Positions 57,281 through 64,000 of a stretch of 64,000 nt of DNA are shown here, piece by piece. The DNA comes from SAR202 cluster bacterium (lineage in GTDB: Bacteria > Chloroflexota > Dehalococcoidia > Lucifugimonadales > UBA826). The stretch lies in the NCBI GenBank assembly GCA_008373095.1, contig RQOP01000036.1, forward strand, positions 12,725 through 76,724, read 5' to 3'. The position numbers were made by a program, and so were the translations under genes. The stretch's first letter is position 1, and the number at the start of each line of letters is the position of its first letter. A model generated the notes under the pieces. It did no database searches. It saw only the letters and a list, made by a program, of their open reading frames with translations, and was not told the origin of the DNA.

Positions 57281-57829
57281 TTAATCCTTGGATCTTTGTA
57301 GATTTGTAAGTTTTTGTTCAAGTTCTTCGGCATTTATCTCTCCCTGCCAATATTCCGCTATGTTCCCCTCTGAGTCTACAAATATGGTGGTTGGATATAC
57401 ACTGATTTGATAATCGACTGAGACTTTTCCGGTTGTGTCAGGGCCTACCGCAAAATCTATACTTTTATCATCTACGAACTTTTGCCCATCTTCCATAGAG
57501 TCGAGTCCGATAAGTTGAACAGCTACAACATTTACGTCATTTTTATTTTGCATATAGAACTTGTTAAATTGTGGCATTTCCGCGACACATGGGGGGCAAG
57601 AAGGGAACCAAAAATTTATAAATGTAGGTGACCCTTGTTGCTGTTCTAAGTTGAATATGTCGCCTTCAGCATGATCAGTCGTACTGTATAACTCTATTGT
57701 GAACGACGGGGCTACCTGAGGACGGTCGATCAGTGAACACCCCGCGATCATCAACAATATGGTTGCCACCGATAATAGGGGTTTCATAGGATGAATCTTG
57801 GAATTGTGTTCTTGGTTTAGAGTCAGCAT
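57281..57829 (-). CDS. TlpA/ResA-like thiol-disulfide oxidoreductase lipoprotein
   Basis: 182-aa ORF. Lipobox LMIAGC and thioredoxin active site FWFPSCPPCVAEMP. Confidence 0.8.
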   Translation of the reverse strand: MLTLNQEHNSKIHPMKPLLSVATILLMIAGCSLIDRPQVAPSFTIELYSTTDHAEGDIFNLEQQQGSPTFINFWFPSCPPCVAEMPQFNKFYMQNKNDVNVVAVQLIGLDSMEDGQKFVDDKSIDFAVGPDTTGKVSVDYQISVYPTTIFVDSEGNIAEYWQGEINAEELEQKLTNLQRSKD

Positions 57830-59064
57830 TATTGGGGCGGGTTTTCAGATATAAGATTCTGACCTTTCTCTAGTAAGAGACGTATTTTTTCCTCTCCTAT
57901 ATTTCGTTCTTTTAAATAGGTTTCTAGGGCTTCTATTGCGGGAATTGATTCGTGTAACTCTTTTCCTAGTCTATTTTTACTTTCGGTAATGACATTCTTC
58001 CTAATCGCAGCTACAAAATTTGCTTCAGACAAACTGTCTCTGATTTTTCTGTCAGATATTTCGCTGTATCTGGATGAGCTAACTTCAATTATTACTTGTG
58101 CAATCGTCTCGTAGATGTCGTGCTTTTCTATCTCGGCTACAATTTTCTCGTTAGGAGACCCATCATTTTCCTCTATTTTTATTTGAATAGTTTTGAATCT
58201 TCTTGCATTTACCTCAACAAATTTATATGAATTCAACCTATTTTTTTTGTCTGTGCTAGTCGAAATGTCTATTACACAAAAACCTTTGGAATCTTTCTCT
58301 TCTCCAAAATCTATTCTTTCCAAACTACCTGAGTAAACTACCGGTGGATCGTCGTTTAATATCTGATGCCTGTGGATATGCCCAAGTGCTACGTAGTCTA
58401 ATTTTGGATTAGCCAAAAAGTTAGTTGGTAAAAGGTAATCTTTCCCAAGGGTCATAGATTTTTCTGAGCTAGTTTTAGCCAAGTCTACTGATACATGAGA
58501 GGCTAATATGCTGGGCATTGAGGAGTCTAAGTTTGCTATTTCTTTATCTAGGTCTTCAATTAATTTTTCCTCAATAGCACTATTAAATTTTTCATTTGAT
58601 AATTGGTTATATTTCTCAAGGGACATGAAGTCGCCTTTTCTTATCCACGGTAAAGATATTATCTGGATGGACCCATTGCGGGTCTGAACTATTTGTGTGT
58701 TTAGTTCGTTTGCGATCTGGACATTCTCTATGTCTAATGTAGGGAATATGTCCAGTGTGGTGGCTGGACCCGGGACGTTTGGGGAATCATGGTTGCCGGC
58801 CAGTAGAAAAACCTTGATTCCTTCTCTGGCAAGTCTAGAAATTCTTTTTACAAATTCCCTTTGATGGGTTTGTGTTGGGTTTCTACTTTTGTAGACGTCT
58901 CCGCATATCAGTACTAAATCTGCTTCATTATCTATGGAATAATCAACCAGTTCGTCTAATGACCTTAAAAAATCTTGAAGTCGTGATGATGTTCTAGTTT
59001 TTGGATCCGGCCTGCTGTAATTTTCGACCCCTATGTGTATGTCAGCGGTATGAATTATTAGCAT
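57829..59064 (-). CDS. sbcD: SbcD/Mre11-family nuclease
   Basis: 411-aa ORF. Calcineurin-like motifs HTADIHIG, CGDVYKS, AGNHDSP and GHIH. Confidence 0.8.
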   Translation of the reverse strand: MLIIHTADIHIGVENYSRPDPKTRTSSRLQDFLRSLDELVDYSIDNEADLVLICGDVYKSRNPTQTHQREFVKRISRLAREGIKVFLLAGNHDSPNVPGPATTLDIFPTLDIENVQIANELNTQIVQTRNGSIQIISLPWIRKGDFMSLEKYNQLSNEKFNSAIEEKLIEDLDKEIANLDSSMPSILASHVSVDLAKTSSEKSMTLGKDYLLPTNFLANPKLDYVALGHIHRHQILNDDPPVVYSGSLERIDFGEEKDSKGFCVIDISTSTDKKNRLNSYKFVEVNARRFKTIQIKIEENDGSPNEKIVAEIEKHDIYETIAQVIIEVSSSRYSEISDRKIRDSLSEANFVAAIRKNVITESKNRLGKELHESIPAIEALETYLKERNIGEEKIRLLLEKGQNLISENPPQ

Positions 59065-59125
59065 TTAAACCACTTTTTTGCCGTTTACGATTATCTGCTG
59101 ATCGTATGGAAATGTAAAAGCAAAA

Positions 59126-60526
59126 CTAACTTTTTAATTTCAATGCGAGCTCTGATTCTAAAGTTTCCAAACTAACTCTAGTCTGCTCCATCGTGTCTCT
59201 CTCTCGGATGGTAACAGCATTATCATCAAGGGAATCAAAATCTACCGTCACGCATAAAGGAGTTCCTATTTCATCTTGCCTACGGTATCTCCTCCCTATA
59301 CTTTGGGCATCGTCGTATTGGATATGCCCTCCAATCAAATTGGATTTACGAAGAGTGTCGAAGACCGATTTGGCTAGGGGGGTCAACTTTTCATTTCTGC
59401 TCAAAGGTAGTACGGCAACTTTAACTGGTGAGATAGAAGGATCTAATTTGAGTAATACTCGTGTCTCAGTCTTTCCAGATGCAGAAGTGATTTCTTCTTC
59501 ATTGTAAGCATCAACCAATAGGGCCATTACGGCTCTGTCTACACCGGATGATGGTTCTATAACATATGGAATGATATGTTGGCCTGAAGCATCATCAAAA
59601 TAAGTGAGTTTTTCCCCGCTCATTTCCATGTGTGATTTCAAATCGTAGTCTGTGCGGTTGGCGATCCCTTGAATTTCACCCCAGCCCCATGGAAATCTAT
59701 ATTCAATATCATAGGTGGCTTTTGCATAGTGAGACAGTTCGTCTTCATCGTGAGGCCTAACTCGTAAATTTTCTGGGTCCAATCCGATGTCGCGGTACCA
59801 TGAAAGACAATCTTGAATCCATTTATCATGAATCTCTTCATCTTCCCCAGGCATCACAAAATATTCAATTTCCATCATTTCAAATTCTCTGGTTCTGAAA
59901 ATGAAATTGCCCGTGGTTATTTCGTTTCGGAAAGACTTGCCAATTTGTGCTATGCCAAACGGAAGTTTTTTTCTGGTTGAGTTGATCACATTATTAAAAT
60001 TTACGAAAATCCCTTGAGCGGTTTCTGGCCTTAGGTAAACAATAGAGGCATCTTCTTCGACTGGTCCCATAAAAGTTTTAAACATGAGGTGAAAAAGACG
60101 AGGTTCGGTCAATTCTCCTGAGCATTCGGGACAGACTTCAGTATCAATATGGTCTTCCCTGTATCGCCGGTTACAATCGTTGCACTCAACTAGTGGGTCA
60201 GTGAAACTTTCCAAGTGTCCGCTTGCACGCCAAGTATCCGGATGCATCAATATGGAAGCATCTAAACCAACCATGTCATCGCGTTCCCAAACCATGGCGT
60301 TCCACCAGTGCTCTTTTACGTTTCTTTTTAGTTCCACACCTAATGGGCCATAATCCCAAGTACTGGCTAATCCGCCATAAATCTCACTGCTCTGAAAAAT
60401 GAATCCTCTCCGCTTGCAAAGTGAGCTTATTTTATCTATGTCTAAAGGTGAATTATTTTCGGCCAATTTTACGCTTCCTATGTACGAATTATGGGACCCC
60501 AAGTATATCAGAGGTAACTTATGCAA
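59126..60526 (-). CDS. glyQS: Glycine--tRNA ligase (class II, alpha2 type)
   Basis: 466-aa maximal ORF. Motifs: CKRRGFIFQSSEIYGG, WDYGPLG and class II motifs. Homologues usually start about 10 aa before KRRGF. A TTG at 60466 preceded by AGGAAG (7-nt spacer) is a plausible true start. Confidence 0.95.
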   Translation of the reverse strand: MHKLPLIYLGSHNSYIGSVKLAENNSPLDIDKISSLCKRRGFIFQSSEIYGGLASTWDYGPLGVELKRNVKEHWWNAMVWERDDMVGLDASILMHPDTWRASGHLESFTDPLVECNDCNRRYREDHIDTEVCPECSGELTEPRLFHLMFKTFMGPVEEDASIVYLRPETAQGIFVNFNNVINSTRKKLPFGIAQIGKSFRNEITTGNFIFRTREFEMMEIEYFVMPGEDEEIHDKWIQDCLSWYRDIGLDPENLRVRPHDEDELSHYAKATYDIEYRFPWGWGEIQGIANRTDYDLKSHMEMSGEKLTYFDDASGQHIIPYVIEPSSGVDRAVMALLVDAYNEEEITSASGKTETRVLLKLDPSISPVKVAVLPLSRNEKLTPLAKSVFDTLRKSNLIGGHIQYDDAQSIGRRYRRQDEIGTPLCVTVDFDSLDDNAVTIRERDTMEQTRVSLETLESELALKLKS

Positions 60527-60646
60527 TAGCTATGAATTTATGTATATCGGTTGTCAAAACTTTGTTCTATAGAACTTATCACAGCTATACAAATCTAAAG
60601 CTATATGTAAATATCCACTAAATATTAGGAAAAATGCTTAAGGACT

Positions 60647-61342
60647 ATGACGATGAAAATAATACTTGCTGGTATCGAATACGTTGGAACCACCACAATT
60701 TCTAGAATGCTCAACGATTGGAAATTAAATGTGATGGGTGAACCGTTTTATATGGGGTTGATACACGATCATTCGAAACTGCCACATACCTCTGGCCACC
60801 CCGATGACACCACATTAGAGGAACAGGAGCAGATACTTAACTTATCACCCAAATTAAAGGAAATGTACCACCGGTATGGGATGTATTATCACCTGCATCA
60901 CTACGTTCAAGAGGATGACCTAACTGTCGGGTTTCACATAGAAGAAGCTGTATACGCCCGGCGATATTACGGGTACGGCTTGGATGGGGAGCAATTTGAT
61001 AGAAACAATGTGTTTGTCAGTATTGAAAATCGGATTAAACAAATAACAGCAGACCCAATTATAACTGTGCATATGGTAGCTTCTGCTGAGGTGATTGAAG
61101 GTAGAATGTCTGACTTGAAAGATCATGCAGAACATACCAACAGCCCTCTTATTGCTGCCGACATCGAAAACGTAATGGCGGAATACGAATATTTCATTAA
61201 CAAGAGTGATATAGGTCCCGTGGTGAAAGTCGATACCTCTGCCGATAGTCCTGACGAAACCCTTTTAAAAATTGTGAATTCTATTGAGCCACATTTGACC
61301 AAAGTGGATTTGGACCGTATAGCAAATCATGGAAAAAGTTAA
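60647..61342 (+). CDS. Hypothetical protein with P-loop-kinase-like N-terminus lacking the Walker A lysine
   Basis: 231-aa ORF. After a beta-strand-like KIILA comes GIEYVGTTT (60671..60697) where GxxxxGK(S/T) is expected. No other motif is recognised. Confidence 0.5.
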   Translation: MTMKIILAGIEYVGTTTISRMLNDWKLNVMGEPFYMGLIHDHSKLPHTSGHPDDTTLEEQEQILNLSPKLKEMYHRYGMYYHLHHYVQEDDLTVGFHIEEAVYARRYYGYGLDGEQFDRNNVFVSIENRIKQITADPIITVHMVASAEVIEGRMSDLKDHAEHTNSPLIAADIENVMAEYEYFINKSDIGPVVKVDTSADSPDETLLKIVNSIEPHLTKVDLDRIANHGKS

Positions 61343-61366
61343 GAATATGAGGGTTTATATACTGCT

Positions 61367-62128
61367 ATGAGATTGAAGGGCAAAAGAGCGATTGTCACAG
61401 GCGGCGGGTCAGGTATTGGGAATGCCATTTGTAATAGGTTTTTAAGAGAAGGGGCTGATGTGCTTGTGGCTGATATTAGCCAACAGTCCAATGATTCCTC
61501 TTTAGGAGAGTATTTTTATAATACTGATGTTTCTGATGAAGCAAATGTAGAAGCAATGGTCCATTATGCAATTGACCGTATGGGAGGTGTCGACATTGTG
61601 GTAAACAGTGCTGCATCTTTCACTTTTGGAGGAGTGGCGGAATTGGAAGAGGGTGAATGGATGAAGGCAATATCTGTAAACGTTATTGGCCCGGCAAATG
61701 TATGTAAGGCCACTTTGGACTACCTAAAAGATAGTGAAACTTCTTCGGTGATTAATATTGCTTCAATAAGTAGCTTTATCGCTCAGCCAAATTCTTTACC
61801 ATATAATTCCTCGAAAGGGGCTCTGACCCAATTAACTAGATGCCTGGCTATGGATTTGGGTGAGTATGGGATAAGGGTGAACTGTATTTGCCCTGGCGAC
61901 ATAAACACAAACAATTGGTATCAGAGGGGCACTGAACGACAGAAAAAGATAGACCCATTAGATAAGGAAGGATTCATTCGCGACGCATCGGCCAATTCAT
62001 TGCTAAACAGGGTAGGCAAACCTGAAGAGGTCGCAAATTTGGCGCTGTTCCTAGCTTCAGATGAGGCGGCATATATAACAGGGGCATCAATTGTAATTGA
62101 TGGCGGTGCAACTGTTAGTTTAGGCTAG
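61367..62128 (+). CDS. Short-chain dehydrogenase/reductase (FabG-like)
   Basis: 253-aa ORF. Motifs: TGGGSGIG, NSAA and catalytic YNSSKGA. Confidence 0.9.
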   Translation: MRLKGKRAIVTGGGSGIGNAICNRFLREGADVLVADISQQSNDSSLGEYFYNTDVSDEANVEAMVHYAIDRMGGVDIVVNSAASFTFGGVAELEEGEWMKAISVNVIGPANVCKATLDYLKDSETSSVINIASISSFIAQPNSLPYNSSKGALTQLTRCLAMDLGEYGIRVNCICPGDINTNNWYQRGTERQKKIDPLDKEGFIRDASANSLLNRVGKPEEVANLALFLASDEAAYITGASIVIDGGATVSLG

Positions 62129-62847
62129 GACTTAAGGTACCACTGTTTATGTAATGCACCTTTATTGGTATCTAAATCCACCAAGCTTACGGAACCTGGT
62201 TCATTTCTATTTCCAACTACCATTGGACATCCGGAGTAAACGGCGGAAGTGTTGCCTTGTGAGACGTCTGTATAGAGGTCCCAATGCCCAAGGGCAATGT
62301 AATCAAAATGTGAGTCAGCTATCTCTTTAGGGAATATTAAGGAAGACCTGCCTGAGCTAGTGTCACTTTCCTCAAAGTGGCCATGGGCCATACCTATGAA
62401 CCAGGTGTCTTTGATTCGTTCTGGGGTAGGTGAGAGCGGATGAAAGAGAGGGCTATGTTCGTACATAGCTTTGCCCCAAAATTTTATTCCTTTATCTTTG
62501 AAATCAATTATTTCTCCTTGTTCTTCTTTGAAGATATGAAGATTGCTGGGAGCATCCTCAAAAATTGATCTTCGGTAAATGGATGTTTGGTGCATTAAAT
62601 CATGATTGCCTGGTAATAAAATTACCGGGATGTCTAGTCTCGATATTTGGGTTAGGAAAAATTTTATAGAATCGTTTGAGATCCTTTCGTTATCAAAAAC
62701 GTCGCCCGCGATCAGAAGGAAGTCGGCTCTCAATAGCAGTGTTTCTGAGACAACTTTAGTCAGAGCGTCATTCGAAGCAGGATGACCCAATTCGTCACCA
62801 AGATGGGTATCCGAAGTATGTATCAGTCGCAGATTATGCAGCGGCAT
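62125..62847 (-). CDS. Calcineurin-like metallophosphoesterase
   Basis: 240-aa ORF. Motifs: HTSDTHLG, AGDVFD, PGNHD and GHWD. Confidence 0.8.
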   Translation of the reverse strand: MPLHNLRLIHTSDTHLGDELGHPASNDALTKVVSETLLLRADFLLIAGDVFDNERISNDSIKFFLTQISRLDIPVILLPGNHDLMHQTSIYRRSIFEDAPSNLHIFKEEQGEIIDFKDKGIKFWGKAMYEHSPLFHPLSPTPERIKDTWFIGMAHGHFEESDTSSGRSSLIFPKEIADSHFDYIALGHWDLYTDVSQGNTSAVYSGCPMVVGNRNEPGSVSLVDLDTNKGALHKQWYLKS

Positions 62848-62873
62848 TTATTTACAGTGTAGTGATAGGGGGA

Positions 62874-63680
62874 CTATAAATTTTGCTCGGAGCAAAGGTC
62901 TTGATCAAACAATATATGTCCAGTGTAAGTTGTTGGCTGCTCGCAGATCCAAACACCAGCCTTACCCATTTCGTCAGCAGCCTCAAACTCAAGTGAGGGA
63001 TTTTCAGGATCGTTTTCAGCCCATATGTTGCCCGGAGTTTTGATCCTCCCTTGGGGAGACAAAACGTTAACTTTGATGTTGTCTGCTTGTAATTCTTTAG
63101 CAAGGCCTTGTGAAAATCTTTCAAGGCCAGACTTAATCATGCCGTAAAAGCTTCCATCTCGCCTAGAAGGAGTTTCTTCGTATGGTCCAGGACCTGGGAA
63201 AACGCCAGCTCGAGAAGAGATATTAATAAAATCTCCTCCTCCAGCGGATTTCAAATGTGGAAGAGCTCTTTTCATTAGTATTAAAGGCCCTCTCAGATCA
63301 ATTTGCCATATCAGATCTATATGCCTGTCTTGTACTGTTTCTAGTGACCCGGGGACAAGTATGGCGGCGTTATTAACGACTATATCTACTCCACCTAGTT
63401 TTTCTACAGTTTCTTCTACTCCAGCGGTAATACTTTCGTTGTCCCTCATATTCATCTGGACCCCTATGGCCTCTCCACCTTCCTTATTGATCGCTTCTGC
63501 TACGGAATAGATAGTGCCAGGTAGCCTCTTATCTGTGACTTCCGTAGTGCGAGCTGCGATAGCCACTTTAGCTCCAGCTTTTGCGAAATGAACCGCCATG
63601 TACTCTCCGATACCGCGACTTGCTCCGGTTACCAAAGCTACTCTGCCATCTAAAGTTCCCATCATTAAGCTCCTTTTCAT
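62874..63680 (-). CDS. Short-chain dehydrogenase/reductase
   Basis: 268-aa ORF. Motifs: VTGASRGIG, NNAA and YGMIKSG (YxxxK). Confidence 0.9.
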   Translation of the reverse strand: MKRSLMMGTLDGRVALVTGASRGIGEYMAVHFAKAGAKVAIAARTTEVTDKRLPGTIYSVAEAINKEGGEAIGVQMNMRDNESITAGVEETVEKLGGVDIVVNNAAILVPGSLETVQDRHIDLIWQIDLRGPLILMKRALPHLKSAGGGDFINISSRAGVFPGPGPYEETPSRRDGSFYGMIKSGLERFSQGLAKELQADNIKVNVLSPQGRIKTPGNIWAENDPENPSLEFEAADEMGKAGVWICEQPTTYTGHILFDQDLCSEQNL

Positions 63681-63712
63681 TTTTATAAGACAATTGAAGT
63701 AGAGTTAAATTA

Positions 63713-63762
63713 AAACTGCTCATGTCGCTCACAAAAAAAGATGAGCAACATGAGCAGTTTTG
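63713..63762 (-). terminator. Rho-independent terminator (long hairpin) downstream of the rhodanese gene
   Basis: 13-bp perfect arms AAAACTGCTCATG / CATGAGCAGTTTT (63713..63725 and 63750..63762) plus an inner 5-bp stem GCTCA/TGAGC. A/T runs are built into both ends, and on the minus strand UUUUAAUUU follows. Confidence 0.7.
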
Positions 63763-63788
63763 TACTCTTGTCCTAGCCAGCTTGTTGT

Positions 63789-64000
63789 CTAGGAGTCAAT
63801 TGGTGTGTCCTCTTTGTTACCCCATTCAGTCCATGACCCATCATAAACTGATACATTATCAAATCCAAGTAGGTCAGCCAGTACGAACCAACTGTGGGTC
63901 GCTCTGACAGCTGTCTGACACAACGTGTAAATGTCTCCGAGATCATCCGTTACGTCCGCAGTCCCATATAATTTTTTAAGGTCTGCAGCTGGTAAAAATC
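63789..64000 (-). CDS. Rhodanese-domain sulfurtransferase (partial; C-terminal ~70 aa, N-terminus beyond window)
   Basis: Minus-strand translation ends ...CQTAVRATHSWFVLADLLGFDNVSVYDGSWTEWGNKEDTPIDS-TAG (stop 63789..63791). The active-site loop is CxxxxR(A/S), followed by the YDGSWxEW motif of thiosulfate/3-mercaptopyruvate sulfurtransferases. Confidence 0.8.
   Translation of the reverse strand, partial: FLPAADLKKLYGTADVTDDLGDIYTLCQTAVRATHSWFVLADLLGFDNVSVYDGSWTEWGNKEDTPIDS

Noticed and set aside
60467-60646. A T-box riboswitch upstream of glyQS.
   Set aside because: Reading the minus-strand leader, I find no T-box sequence (AANNNGGGUGGNACCGCG-like), no obvious specifier loop presenting GGC with a purine after it, and no terminator/antiterminator pair. 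The region is also short and shared with a divergent promoter.
62852-63124. A 90-aa ORF overlapping the 3' part of the SDR gene 62874..63680.
   Set aside because: It is an alternative frame of a gene with clear SDR motifs (TGASRGIG, YxxxK), and it has no recognisable features of its own.
1-64000. CRISPR arrays, tRNA/rRNA genes, transposases, integrases, prophage or defence-system genes.
   Set aside because: Reading all intergenic regions over 80 nt and all ORFs over 60 aa revealed no repeat-spacer periodicity, no cloverleaf-compatible sequence and no recombinase/transposase, restriction, toxin-antitoxin or Cas-like motifs. The window looks like core chromosome.

Overview
This window is a 64-kb, AT-rich (about 40% GC by eye) and very gene-dense stretch of a bacterial chromosome. 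I call about 56 protein-coding genes. Most intergenic gaps are under 150 nt, and several convergent gene pairs abut or overlap. I found no rRNA, tRNA, CRISPR array, transposase, integrase or phage gene. The content is mostly housekeeping and central metabolism: RNase J, UDG, aroE, mutS, ftsY, a glnA-gltB-gltD (GS-GOGAT) block, rnc, glyA, thrC, folE/folP/folK, tmk, pdxST, gap, eno, mdh and glyQS. Several lineage-restricted families occur together: a Chlor_Arch_YYY (TIGR03662-like) plus TIGR03663-like membrane pair, MshA/MshD-like genes, an R3H AAA ATPase and a sortase-like protein. From these I infer a Chloroflexota-like, probably marine streamlined genome; this is not proven. Items worth a second look, in rough order of interest: (1) A DsbA-like oxidoreductase has its thioredoxin-fold active site encoded only if an in-frame TGA (32155..32157) is read through. 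A SECIS-like hairpin lies just downstream, so this is a candidate selenoprotein. (2) A NuoE/NuoF/NuoG-like (formate-dehydrogenase-like) trimer plus an Fpr-type flavoprotein, in which the molybdopterin subunit lacks the catalytic Cys/Sec-His. (3) A four-gene membrane cassette of unknown function (FAD oxidoreductase, flippase-like, GT-C-like, YYY protein). (4) An MshA-family glycosyltransferase flanked by a CelD-like GNAT and a two-domain MshD-like GNAT. (5) A carboxyltransferase / OadG-like mini-protein / 5S-BCCP cluster with no biotin carboxylase, next to mdh (transcarboxylase-like). (6) An unrecognisable 455-aa protein, plus several structured intergenic elements. I saw no defence island or mobile element. 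All calls rest on reading the translations and sequence by eye, without database searches.
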